This document shows, one piece after another, positions 31,472 through 39,942 of a stretch of DNA of 46,923 nt. Position numbers and translations under genes: made by a program. Numbering within the stretch: the stretch's first letter is position 1; each line of letters begins with the position of its first letter. Origin of the DNA: Candidatus Nomurabacteria bacterium (GTDB taxonomy: Bacteria; Patescibacteriota; Minisyncoccia; Phycocordibacterales; UBA9973); NCBI GenBank assembly GCA_943354525.1, contig CALRCI010000001.1:1-46923 (forward strand), read 5' to 3'. The notes beneath the pieces are model-generated. The model worked only from the letters and a program-made list of their open reading frames with translations, did not search any database and had not been told where the DNA came from.

Positions 31472-31500
31472 TTGAATTCGAACATTTTTTCGAGTATACT
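31472..31500 (+). promoter_or_regulatory. near-consensus sigma-70 promoter TTGAAT-N17-TATACT with no downstream protein gene
   Basis: -35 at 31472-31477, 17-nt spacer, -10 at 31495-31500. Confidence 0.55.
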
Positions 31501-31506
31501 ATGTCC

Positions 31507-31718
31507 AGACCCAAAGAGACCTTCGTTTCATCACAAAGCAGTTCGCTTAGAACATATACAATGTGTTTGAAGCGTACAAAAGAGAAAATATAATCATACC
31601 AAATTTTCTTGTCTCAGCTCTTTATAAATCAGTCACTCTGTACATTAGAGGAAAATACTAAAGGCCTCGAGCCTGTCCCGCACATCGTGCGAGCCATACT
31701 CGAGGCCTTTTTTTATTT
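31507..31718 (+). ncRNA. candidate small RNA (orphan promoter-to-terminator unit, ~210 nt)
   Basis: Bounded by TTGAAT-17 nt-TATACT (31472-31500) and the strong terminator AAAGGCCTCGAG...CTCGAGGCCTTT plus T-run (31660-31718). No ORF of 60 aa or more. Not recognisable as tmRNA, RNase P, SRP or 6S by eye. Confidence 0.4.
31660..31718 (+). terminator. strong 12-bp GC-rich hairpin plus T-run (3' end of the candidate sRNA)
   Basis: AAAGGCCTCGAG-27 nt with inner hairpin-CTCGAGGCCTTT then TTTTTATTTT. Confidence 0.8.
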
Positions 31719-31723
31719 TGTAT

Positions 31724-31740
31724 TTGTCATTCCGGACTTG
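31724..31740 (+). repeat. 17-nt fragment identical to one edge of the cloverleaf element
   Basis: TTGTCATTCCGGACTTG equals the reverse complement of 13231-13247 (17/17). Similarity then decays. Confidence 0.6.
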
Positions 31741-31758
31741 CGTATCCATCATCCCCCC

Positions 31759-31802
31759 CCCCGTTGATAATTCACGACGGCCGTCGTGAATTATCAACGG
31801 GG
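31759..31802 (-). terminator. 22-bp loop-less palindrome after Cys-rich paralog 3, flanked by a C10 run
   Basis: CCCCGTTGATAATTCACGACGG/CCGTCGTGAATTATCAACGGGG. Confidence 0.7.
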
Positions 31803-31829
31803 AAAAATGCGACAGGAGTCGGACTCCTA

Positions 31830-33527
31830 CTAATTAGCTTCCTGCTGATAGCATGTTTCGCAATACACGATCTCCGACCGCTCAGGCACGTAACTTGTCT
31901 TGATTTCTTTTTCGCATTTCATGCAGAAGCGATCATAGAGCTGCGGCGGATTCACTGTGTTGAATCTCCGCTTGAATCTACACTTCCAGCATTTCACCGG
32001 GAACGGTACGCCGATCTTTCTATGCAGTTGAATCTCAAGCGTAGTAATTCTAAATCCTTTTTTACATTCAGCGCATTCTATAATTTCTTTTTGGATCGCA
32101 TCATCGATATCTGCTACTGTTTCAGGAACTTGGTCAGCGGTCATGGTCGTCGTATGTTCTGAATCAGGAATATCATGCCACTGCATCCCGCCCTCAATAA
32201 TTTCATTTTTTGAAAGCGGGAAATAATAATCAGCCATTGTTTCGTTGTACGCAAACGGTGAGAACATGAACGGGAAAAATTCTCCATAACTCCACACGCG
32301 GCCTTTCTCATCCGTATATGGATTTGTCTTCATGTCAGCAATAATCTTTTCCCGAAGCACTAGATATTCTTCTTTTGTATATTGCTTGTTGAGAATGCAG
32401 TATTGCTTGCGTTTGAGATTGTAGCAGCCAAAACAATCTTTGGATTGATTGGCATAAAAACAGTACTCCAGATTGAGGGCATTCGGCCAGCATTGCGCCG
32501 AGAAGTGGTCGTTGTATGCGCTCTCGCCCACGGTCAAACATTCGTATAAATTCTCCGCGCCATATCCCCAGTTAGTGTAATCATAACAATTCTTCGTCGG
32601 TCCCATCGTCAGCATCTGCACGAATCGCGAATCTTCAACACTCGAAACCATATATGAGTCTTTAGTGTTTTTCGATTCATAGATGAAATCACCGGTAGTA
32701 TTCACATTCAAGCCATTACCCGCAGTCGCCCGGCGAGGCTGTGTCATAAAGAATTCGCGTGATTGTTGAAGCATTGATTCGATCCCCTCGCGAGTATCAA
32801 GTCGCATTTCAGCAACTTTCTTTTTATACTCTTCCTTGCTGTATTGCTGATTGAAAATACAATTCGATTTATTGCGCAGATTTATGCACCCGACACAATC
32901 GACACAGCCTGAGCAGGAACGAGAAAAATGCGTATCAGTACATGAATCAAGCTCTTCGCTATATATGCAGTGATAACTCTTATACATTCCGACACATTCA
33001 TAACAGAGTTCGACTTCTTTGAAGCGATAGCCGTCCAATGAATCCGCCACATGGGCATAGACCATACAATACGCAGTACGCTCCCCATAATCGGCATTAA
33101 ATACCATGAAACAGTCTTTCTGATACGCTGTAGCGTTCACATAGGGTGAATTTACGAGCGTAGAATACAAATTTTCGATGGCCATGAAAGTAGATTTGTC
33201 TTTCAATTCAGCCAGTTGTTCAAAGAAATTTCGGTTCGGATCATAGTCCATGCCATATTCCGTGCCATCCCATGTATCTCCGAACCAGCATTTCGGACAG
33301 AACACACGATATGGCGTGCCGTCACGTAGATTTGAAATAATGGATTCATTGCAGTTCGCACAAGCTCTCTTATAGAGAGTAATCCAGTTCAGAAAGGCCA
33401 GCCGGCGCTGAAACCGACACCCAGGACACCATGTTGGCGGCGGAACATTTATTTTCTTATAGAAATTAAAATCATCCGGCTCGATCACGAAATCCTTTTT
33501 GCAGTTTTGGCAGTTTTTAGTTTCCAC
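31830..33527 (-). CDS. large cysteine-rich protein, paralog 3 (565 aa) with N- and C-terminal double zinc-ribbon modules; function unknown
   Basis: N-module CQNCKKDFVIEPDDFNFYKKINVPPPTWCPGCRFQRR...LYKRACANC...VFCPKCW. C-module CAECKKGFRITTLEIQLHRKIGVPFPVKCWKCRFKRR...LYDRFCMKC...VYCETCYQQE. GTG start 2 nt after the holA-like stop. Confidence 0.85.
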   Translation of the reverse strand: METKNCQNCKKDFVIEPDDFNFYKKINVPPPTWCPGCRFQRRLAFLNWITLYKRACANCNESIISNLRDGTPYRVFCPKCWFGDTWDGTEYGMDYDPNRNFFEQLAELKDKSTFMAIENLYSTLVNSPYVNATAYQKDCFMVFNADYGERTAYCMVYAHVADSLDGYRFKEVELCYECVGMYKSYHCIYSEELDSCTDTHFSRSCSGCVDCVGCINLRNKSNCIFNQQYSKEEYKKKVAEMRLDTREGIESMLQQSREFFMTQPRRATAGNGLNVNTTGDFIYESKNTKDSYMVSSVEDSRFVQMLTMGPTKNCYDYTNWGYGAENLYECLTVGESAYNDHFSAQCWPNALNLEYCFYANQSKDCFGCYNLKRKQYCILNKQYTKEEYLVLREKIIADMKTNPYTDEKGRVWSYGEFFPFMFSPFAYNETMADYYFPLSKNEIIEGGMQWHDIPDSEHTTTMTADQVPETVADIDDAIQKEIIECAECKKGFRITTLEIQLHRKIGVPFPVKCWKCRFKRRFNTVNPPQLYDRFCMKCEKEIKTSYVPERSEIVYCETCYQQEAN

Positions 33528-33529
33528 TA

Positions 33530-34255
33530 TTAGATTTTCTCTAAAATAAATTTCTCGAGCGACAAATCGAGCGGGGCGAGACCTTGGATTTCATTCATGG
33601 TGAGTGTGATGAGTTCGTTAGCGAATGCAATCGGCTCGCCGGGTTTCCAGTTTTTGAGTGCTGCTTTCGCCTTGCGATAAACGAATGGATTGAGGCCAGA
33701 ACTTAGTGCATCTTTCTCACTCGCCGCGAGCGCGAGCGATTTTAGTCCCCAGAACAGCACACCGCCAATCTCGCGAGTCTCTATTCCCGCTTCACGCGCC
33801 TGTCGGTAAATCTGCCAGGCCAGTTTCTTGTCACGAGCGGCCACGGCATCAGTCAGTGCAAATGTATTGAAACGTTCTCCGCCAGCTGGCGGATTCTTCT
33901 TCGATTCCAGTTCTATAACTTCATCTGCATATTTGGAAATCTTTTTCAGATCAGCGGCAGGGAGCGAATCTTCGACAATAATAAACGTGTTTGATGAATC
34001 CTTAAATGATTTCGCAAGCGCAATAATATTCTCGCTCATATCGCTCTCCCCGATCAAACGGTCGAGCACGACGAGCGATTGCTCACCGAAGAGATCTGCT
34101 CCAGCGATGAGCATTTCAATTTCTTCGCGACGAGCAGTATCGGCATCGAAAATTTTCCGCACGAGCGACGGATTTTTTTTGAGGAGTGCCGCTGCAACTT
34201 TCTCTCGTCGAGCGAGAAGCGATGCGCGATCGTTACCAATAATGAGTGTAAGCAT
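33530..34255 (-). CDS. holA: DNA polymerase III delta subunit-like (HolA-like, short 241 aa)
   Basis: LIIGNDRASL, LFGEQSLVVL and F.LTDAVAARDKKLAWQIYRQAREAGIE resemble the HolA N-terminal and middle-domain motifs. Weak, by eye only. Confidence 0.55.
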   Translation of the reverse strand: MLTLIIGNDRASLLARREKVAAALLKKNPSLVRKIFDADTARREEIEMLIAGADLFGEQSLVVLDRLIGESDMSENIIALAKSFKDSSNTFIIVEDSLPAADLKKISKYADEVIELESKKNPPAGGERFNTFALTDAVAARDKKLAWQIYRQAREAGIETREIGGVLFWGLKSLALAASEKDALSSGLNPFVYRKAKAALKNWKPGEPIAFANELITLTMNEIQGLAPLDLSLEKFILEKI

Positions 34256-34258
34256 AGA

Positions 34259-34723
34259 TTACATGCGGACCTTCTTTTGGTAGGTCCGATAGGGATCGCC
34301 GAATTTCTCGACGAGAATTGCCTCTTCTTTGCCGATGAAGACGGAGCGAGTTATAGCGAAGGCGACGAGCGTAGTGATGACGACGGCATATGAGCCGAGA
34401 ATGAACCCGAGGCCGAGAATCATCAGCGCGATACCGAGATGCGTCGGCGCGCGGGTCAACTTATACGGACCATGTGCGAAATCTTGCCAGATCGGGCCGT
34501 CTTCGCGCTTGTGGTGATGACCGCTGCGAGATGTATGCTGGGCCCAGTAGATTAGGATCGGACCCACGAATATCAAGAGAAATCCGATATACGACAGATT
34601 GGTATTATAGAATCGGACGTGATGGAAGAGATCAATCAGGAGGCCGATGAGTAGGCCGGCCACGTTGACGAAATACGAGTGCCCGAGCACGAGGTGGATC
34701 AGGTTGGACTTATTATTATGCAT
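34259..34723 (-). CDS. isoprenylcysteine carboxyl methyltransferase (ICMT)/phospholipid methyltransferase-like membrane protein
   Basis: C-terminal GPYKLTRAPTHLG...EEAILVEKFGDPYRTYQKKV matches the ICMT/PEMT pattern GPY..R.P.YLG...EE..L...FG..Y..Y. TACAAT box 6 nt upstream of the ATG. Confidence 0.7.
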   Translation of the reverse strand: MHNNKSNLIHLVLGHSYFVNVAGLLIGLLIDLFHHVRFYNTNLSYIGFLLIFVGPILIYWAQHTSRSGHHHKREDGPIWQDFAHGPYKLTRAPTHLGIALMILGLGFILGSYAVVITTLVAFAITRSVFIGKEEAILVEKFGDPYRTYQKKVRM

Positions 34724-34729
34724 ATGCGC

Positions 34730-34735
34730 ATTGTA
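34730..34735 (-). promoter_or_regulatory. -10 box TACAAT, 6 nt before ATG 34723
   Basis: Minus strand gagTACAATgcgcatATG. Confidence 0.55.
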
Positions 34736-34770
34736 CTCCCCTGTGACTTGCCCGACAAGCGCTCCAGATA

Positions 34771-34815
34771 ATCTGTCGAAAACGCCAAGGCTAAGCCTTG
34801 GCGTTTTCGACAGAT
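34771..34815 (-). terminator. 21-bp hairpin abutting the polA stop codon
   Basis: ATCTGTCGAAAACGCCAAGGC-taa-GCCTTGGCGTTTTCGACAGAT. Confidence 0.8.
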
Positions 34816-37194
34816 TTATTTAATTTCCCCGTAATGCCGTCCCCGACCGGCGTGGACTGCGAGTGGAATATCGGTTTTGATGTGAAGATATGACTCAGGC
34901 AGGACATTGACCATTGATTCGGAAACGATTTTCTCGACTTGTTCGGCAACGTTGTTTTCGACTTCGTAGACTAGTTCGTCGTGGATCTGGAGAACAAGAT
35001 GGGCTTTGTCACTGAGACTGGCCTTGGCAAGAGCTTTCTCGGCGTGAATGATGGCGAGCTTCATGATGTCAGCAGCCGTGCCTTGAAGCGGTGCATTCGT
35101 AGCCGTGCGTTCGGCAAGTGCGCGCATAAACGGTAGCGATGAACGAATCGCCGGGAATTGTCGTTTGCGTCCAAAGAGTGTCAGCGTGTAGCCATGCGTG
35201 CGTGCGAATTCCTTTGTGCCTTCGAGATAGTCTCTGATTGTCGGAAACTGCCGAAAATAATTTTCATAGAAACTCTCCGCTTCGGCGCGCGATGAGCCGA
35301 GATTTTTGCGAAGCGCATTCACGCCCATGCCGTAGATGATGCCGAAGTTAATAACTTTCGCTCTGCGGCGCATATCATGATCCACTTTGTCTTGCGGAAC
35401 ATTGAAGACAAATGCGGCGACACCGGAGTGAACGTCTTTACCATCGCGGAAAATTTCTGACAATCGTTCGTCATGCGACATGAGCGCGAGCACGCGAAGT
35501 TCGATCTGCGAGTAGTCGAGCGCGACGAGTGTGTGCCCCGGCGCGGCAATGAAGCCATCGCGGATGGCGCGGCCGAGTTCGCTCTTGATCGGAATGTTCT
35601 GGAGATTCGGATTTTGCGATGAGAAACGTCCCGTCGCCGCACCGTGCTGGGAGAATGTCGCATGCAGTCTGCCGTCAGGACCGGTCATTTCCGGAATGAC
35701 GTCAATGTACGTCGAGAGTAATTTCTGCAATTCGCGGTACTTCATAATCTCGGCGATGATCGGGTGCGCGTCTTCAAGGCTCTCGAGCGCTTCGATCTTC
35801 GTCGTATATGTTCCTGTCGCGCTCTTCTTGCCGAGCGGTTTCAGACCGAGTTTGACGAAGAGAATTTCCGACATCTGCTTCGGAGAATTGATATTGAATT
35901 CCTCACCAGCGAGACGATAAATATTTTTCGTATAGGCATCGAGCGTCTTGTGATAGTCAGTTGAAAGTGTACTAAATACTTTTTTGTCTATCAGAATCCC
36001 TGTTTCTGTCATCTTCGTCACGATCGGCATGAGCGGCGCTTCGATTTCGTCGTACACTTCCTGTAATTTTTCCGTCTTCAATTTCGCAAAAATCTCCTTG
36101 CGCGCCTCGGCAAACGTACTTTTCTTCGTGTACGTGAGAATATCTTCAAGCGTCGGCGTCGTTTGTTCCGAATCGATGAGCCAAAGCGCAACTGAAGTTT
36201 CGAGAAGTTCCCGAGGAGAAATATCTTCCGTTGGTGTTTCTTCTATTGTTTCTTCGATTTTCTTCCCGCCGAATACTGTCTGCGCGCGACCAATGAGACT
36301 CTTGAATTCAAATTCTTTGAAAAGTGCCGTGATTTTCGCCATATCAATTTCTTCTCGAAATGATTTTTCCGGAATGACGAAATTAATCGGCGCATCACGA
36401 CGAATTGTGGCAAGTGTTTTCGAGAAGAGCGCTTCCTCTTCCCCATCCTTGAGCAGATTGAAAACTCGTTCAGTGATTCCTAATTTTTTAAATTTTTCTT
36501 CGGCGCCGGCTTTCTTGAGATCTTTGTACATAGCCTCGAGCGTGCCAAATTCATTGATGAGAATCGTCGCCGTCTTCTCGCCGACTCCGGCAATGCCGAT
36601 AATATTGTCTGACGGATCGCCACGCAAGCCTTTGTAGTCCGGCAAATATTTCGGTTTGAATCCGTAGCGTGTGACGACGGCGTCTTCATCGTAGAGGACA
36701 GTATCAGTCAGGCCTTTCTTCAACGTAAAGACTTGCACTTTTTTCCCCGTAACAAGCTGGAGCGTATCCATATCGCCCGAAGCGATTATGATTTCGATAT
36801 TCTTGTCATCTTTCATTTGCTCGACGATCGTACCGAGACAGTCGTCGGCTTCGAATCCTTCCTTGTCATAAATTGGAATTGAGAACGCTTCGAAAATTCT
36901 CCGTGAGGCGATAAGTTGCGAAACCAGTGCGTCATCAATCTTCGCGCGTTTGCCTTTGTATGCTTCGTACGCCTCATGGCGAAATGTCTTCTTCGGCAAG
37001 TCATAGCACGCCGCGACATAGTCGGGTTTGAGGTCGGTCACGATCTTCATGATCATCGTCGAGAGGCCGTAGAGCGCTCCTGTCGGCTCGCCCTTAGAGT
37101 CAGTAAATTCCGGCAAGGCATGATAGGCGCGATGAATAATCGCGTGCGAATCAAGCAGAATCAGGCGTTTTTTAGCGGATTTTGGAGTTGCCAT
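34816..37194 (-). CDS. polA: DNA polymerase I (5'-3' exonuclease + polymerase, 3'-5' exonuclease region nearly absent)
   Basis: 5'-nuclease N-terminus LILLDSHAIIHRAYHA. Pol motif A LVALDYSQIELRVLA, motif B RRRAKVINFGIIYGM, motif C VLQIHDELV. 792 aa. Confidence 0.95.
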   Translation of the reverse strand: MATPKSAKKRLILLDSHAIIHRAYHALPEFTDSKGEPTGALYGLSTMIMKIVTDLKPDYVAACYDLPKKTFRHEAYEAYKGKRAKIDDALVSQLIASRRIFEAFSIPIYDKEGFEADDCLGTIVEQMKDDKNIEIIIASGDMDTLQLVTGKKVQVFTLKKGLTDTVLYDEDAVVTRYGFKPKYLPDYKGLRGDPSDNIIGIAGVGEKTATILINEFGTLEAMYKDLKKAGAEEKFKKLGITERVFNLLKDGEEEALFSKTLATIRRDAPINFVIPEKSFREEIDMAKITALFKEFEFKSLIGRAQTVFGGKKIEETIEETPTEDISPRELLETSVALWLIDSEQTTPTLEDILTYTKKSTFAEARKEIFAKLKTEKLQEVYDEIEAPLMPIVTKMTETGILIDKKVFSTLSTDYHKTLDAYTKNIYRLAGEEFNINSPKQMSEILFVKLGLKPLGKKSATGTYTTKIEALESLEDAHPIIAEIMKYRELQKLLSTYIDVIPEMTGPDGRLHATFSQHGAATGRFSSQNPNLQNIPIKSELGRAIRDGFIAAPGHTLVALDYSQIELRVLALMSHDERLSEIFRDGKDVHSGVAAFVFNVPQDKVDHDMRRRAKVINFGIIYGMGVNALRKNLGSSRAEAESFYENYFRQFPTIRDYLEGTKEFARTHGYTLTLFGRKRQFPAIRSSLPFMRALAERTATNAPLQGTAADIMKLAIIHAEKALAKASLSDKAHLVLQIHDELVYEVENNVAEQVEKIVSESMVNVLPESYLHIKTDIPLAVHAGRGRHYGEIK

Positions 37195-37197
37195 TAC

Positions 37198-37635
37198 CTA
37201 CTCATTATACTCGATTTGCACAGTACGCGTAGTATCTCCGTGGTGAGCAAGATGGACGTTGATTGTAGTTTTCGGAATAATGGCTGCGATGCGTTCAGGC
37301 CATTCGACGAGAACGAGATTTTCGGGGTCAGAAATAATTTTGTCCCAGCCGAGACTAAGCATTTCTCCTTCTTTGTCCAACCGATATGCATCTATATGTA
37401 CGAGGTGCTTCCAATTTTGGTTCGTGAGTTCATAGATTTTCATGATAACAAATGTCGGAGAAATAACGGACTCGGTAATACCAAGCTCTCGCGCAATCGT
37501 TTGCGTAAGTGTCGTCTTCCCTGCTCCGAGATCGCCGGAGAGAGTTATGATGGTGGCGTGCGAAGGCGCAGCCTTCGCACGCGCGAGAACTTCTTGTGCA
37601 ATATGTGCTATGTCGTCTATCTGAAATTCCTTCAT
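37198..37635 (-). CDS. tsaE: tRNA t6A37 biosynthesis ATPase TsaE (YjeE)
   Basis: P-loop LSGDLGAGKTTLTQ, HIDAYRL motif, 145 aa. TGCTAGATT box 6 nt upstream of the ATG. Confidence 0.9.
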   Translation of the reverse strand: MKEFQIDDIAHIAQEVLARAKAAPSHATIITLSGDLGAGKTTLTQTIARELGITESVISPTFVIMKIYELTNQNWKHLVHIDAYRLDKEGEMLSLGWDKIISDPENLVLVEWPERIAAIIPKTTINVHLAHHGDTTRTVQIEYNE

Positions 37636-37641
37636 GAACGT

Positions 37642-37647
37642 AATCTA
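37642..37647 (-). promoter_or_regulatory. -10 box TGCTAGATT, 6 nt before ATG 37635 (tsaE)
   Basis: Minus strand tgcTAGATTacgttcATG. Confidence 0.5.
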
Positions 37648-37651
37648 GCAC

Positions 37652-37689
37652 AAAAAGAAAAACAGCGCATATGCGCTGTTTTTCTTTTT
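37652..37689 (-). terminator. 19-bp loop-less palindrome after the 681-aa surface protein gene
   Basis: AAAAAGAAAAACAGCGCAT/ATGCGCTGTTTTTCTTTTT. Confidence 0.8.
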
Positions 37690-37694
37690 TCGTA

Positions 37695-39740
37695 TTAGTT
37701 ATAGATCGTATGCACGGAGTCGCCATTCGACTTCGTTGTCGTCGTGGTCACACTCTTGCGGCGTGAGTAGAGCTCATTGGCGAGCCAGACGAGCGCGAGA
37801 ATGATGGCGATCAGGATGAGCCAGCCGACAAGCGTCGTCGGGAAGAATCCGCCCGAGAAGAATGCGAGGCCGGCGAGATTGGAATTATTACGGCAGCTCT
37901 GCGTCGAATTGATCGCATAGGCAATCGCATCTTCCTGCGCCGTCGTCGTTGGATTCGTGAATGCCATCGTTGCCGTTGCCACGACCATGTCGTGGAGAAC
38001 TACTGACGTTCCGGCAATACCTGAGACGAAGACTTGTCCTGACTGGCCCGGTACGAGTGTGCCGATTGGTACCGTCACTGAGTTGTCAGAGTCGCCATAT
38101 GAGCCGACAGATGACTGTGTGAACGTAATACCGGTCGGAAGTGCGATACGGAGGACGACGTTACTGAGTGTTTTGTTAGAAATGTTTTTGTAATCAACTG
38201 TGTAATCTGCCGTATTAGTCGGACAAATATTCTGGTAACGATTCGCCACTGAGAGCGAGACAAAGTTCGAACCGTTGCCGCCACCGCTTGCAATGACCTG
38301 TGTCACAACAGTTGTCGTTGAAACTGCTGCTGTACGGAAGCTGACGATATCGCCGCGAAGTGTCTGGCCATTATTGGTCGCGACTGCGCGGAAATAGTAC
38401 GTCGTGTTCGGAGAAAGTCCGCTGATACCGTCATTGAAACTGAGACTCGTCGGATTGCCGAGATTCTGAGTGTTGGTCGTATTGCCAAGCGCCTGCGTCG
38501 TACCCCATTCGAAATACGATGTGACTGCGCCGCCGTTACCGCCGGCCATGAGGCCATTGAGGCGAGCAGATGTCTGGCCGATGTAGTTAGCAATCGTAGT
38601 TGCGACTGAGAACTGGCTGACTGGCGTCACAACATACGGCGTGACGTAGACATAGGTCGTACTCGTCTGACTGAGTGCTCCGTAGTTGTTGCAGTATGCC
38701 GTCAGCGTGTACGTGATCGTACCAGATGTGGTCGGTGTGATGAATTGCTGGCTCGATGCGCCGAGATTGCTCGAGTAGTAGCCATTACTGCCACTGATAG
38801 TGACATAGCTCGCGCCATTGGTGACCCAGTAGAGCGTCGTACTCGTACCTTGAGTGATTGAAGATGGAGTCGCATAGAACTGGCCGATCGTACAGACTGC
38901 TACTGGCGGCGGTACATATGAGGTACTGACAGTGACTGTCATCGGATTTGCCGCCTGACCAGTCGCACTATATGCATTGAGTGTAAACGTAGTGGTTCCG
39001 TAGATCGGACCAGTACTCTGCGTGTAGGAACTGTTCACGGGAACAGAACCGAGGTTAGTGATTGAAGCGGTCGCACAACCGGTGGTTGACCACGAGAGCG
39101 TTGTTGCAGATCCTGACGGTACGGTAGGCTGTGCAGCTACGAATGAATTGATGACACATGACTGCTGCTGTACGTTCGTACCAATGTAGAAGGAAACGAC
39201 AACTGAACCCTGATGCGACCAGCCGGGAGCGATCGTGCCGAGATTGAGGCCTGAGGCAAAAATCTCAGAACCGGACTGGCCGAGTGGCAATGCCGTCGGA
39301 GTCTGCATCTGATCCGGATACCACTTCACTGATCCGTATGAGAGGATCTGTGGAGATGAGAGATTGATCGTGCCCGAGCCGGAAGCGCTGCCACCAGACG
39401 TAGACGAGACACTGCCCGAAAACGAAGCCGTACTCATCGTGCCTGATGGCTGGTTGAGGTGCACGGTCGTACTGGCAGCATCCGTCGTGCCGGTGTTGTG
39501 ATAATAAATGCGAACGTTCACGATCTGACCTTGGTCAGCCGAAACGCTCGGTGCCCAACAGTTGTTATTCCAACCGGTTGAGTTAATGCCTGCGCCAGTC
39601 GTGAAGTTGCCGACACCGACCGTACTACAGTCATTCGCGACAGGCGAGAATGACGATGCCGCAAATGCATGCGGTGCGGCAAATCCAAGCGCGATGAGCG
39701 CAAAGATTGCCACTATTGATTTTGATAAAATTTTCTTCAT
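37695..39740 (-). CDS. large surface protein with signal peptide, Ig/FN3-like repeats and C-terminal membrane anchor (681 aa)
   Basis: Signal peptide MKKILSKSIVAIFALIALGFAAPHAFA. FN3-like unit ...LSPNTTYYFRAVATNNGQTLRGDIVSFRT. C-terminal TM LVGWLILIAIILALVWL followed by RRK. Start moved to ATG 39740 because the 18 upstream codons lie in the palindromic clamp element. Confidence 0.8.
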   Translation of the reverse strand: MKKILSKSIVAIFALIALGFAAPHAFAASSFSPVANDCSTVGVGNFTTGAGINSTGWNNNCWAPSVSADQGQIVNVRIYYHNTGTTDAASTTVHLNQPSGTMSTASFSGSVSSTSGGSASGSGTINLSSPQILSYGSVKWYPDQMQTPTALPLGQSGSEIFASGLNLGTIAPGWSHQGSVVVSFYIGTNVQQQSCVINSFVAAQPTVPSGSATTLSWSTTGCATASITNLGSVPVNSSYTQSTGPIYGTTTFTLNAYSATGQAANPMTVTVSTSYVPPPVAVCTIGQFYATPSSITQGTSTTLYWVTNGASYVTISGSNGYYSSNLGASSQQFITPTTSGTITYTLTAYCNNYGALSQTSTTYVYVTPYVVTPVSQFSVATTIANYIGQTSARLNGLMAGGNGGAVTSYFEWGTTQALGNTTNTQNLGNPTSLSFNDGISGLSPNTTYYFRAVATNNGQTLRGDIVSFRTAAVSTTTVVTQVIASGGGNGSNFVSLSVANRYQNICPTNTADYTVDYKNISNKTLSNVVLRIALPTGITFTQSSVGSYGDSDNSVTVPIGTLVPGQSGQVFVSGIAGTSVVLHDMVVATATMAFTNPTTTAQEDAIAYAINSTQSCRNNSNLAGLAFFSGGFFPTTLVGWLILIAIILALVWLANELYSRRKSVTTTTTKSNGDSVHTIYN

Positions 39741-39754
39741 ATATTTTCTTGTCT

Positions 39755-39884
39755 CGCCCCGAATTCTTTCCTGATCTGATTTTTTAATCGACACGCATAA
39801 TTTCTTGCTAGAAATTTGCTGGAGCTCGGCTACCCGCCTCCGCGCGGTCTCATAAAAAATCAGATCAGGAAAGAATTCGGGGCG
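39755..39884 (-). repeat. Family-1 clamp element, copy C: 32-bp perfect arms (39755-39786 / 39853-39884) around a 66-nt core (39787-39852)
   Basis: CGCCCCGAATTCTTTCCTGATCTGATTTTTTA and its exact reverse complement. Core reverse complement is 56/66 identical to copy B, with 4 compensatory pair swaps in the internal hairpin. Confidence 0.9.
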
Positions 39885-39942
39885 TTAACTATTAATAAAC
39901 ATCTATAAATCTTCAATCACTAATTAAAGACTTAATAAATGC

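Noticed and set aside
31393-31593. 66-aa ORF beginning MVEQIPFKDKVVGSIPTGRT
   Set aside because: The N-terminal part is simply the translation of tRNA-Lys. The same artefact (MVEQLIYTEKVAGSSPAS) forms the first 21 codons of ORF 13707-14549 over tRNA-Val, so that gene was shortened to ATG 14486.
36916-37698. 260-aa plus-strand ORF
   Set aside because: Antisense to polA and tsaE, both of which are strongly supported.
39741-39794. N-terminal 18-codon extension of the surface protein ORF
   Set aside because: It lies within the left arm of the 32-bp palindrome. A canonical signal peptide begins at the internal ATG 39740.
362-39884. Possibility that the repeated cores with unique flanks are a dispersed CRISPR-like or MITE system
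   Set aside because: There is no regular repeat-spacer array and there are no cas genes. The unique sequences are self-complementary pairs rather than spacers. The termini are not conserved and no direct target duplications are seen, so an ordinary MITE or CRISPR does not fit. The elements are kept as an unexplained element class instead.
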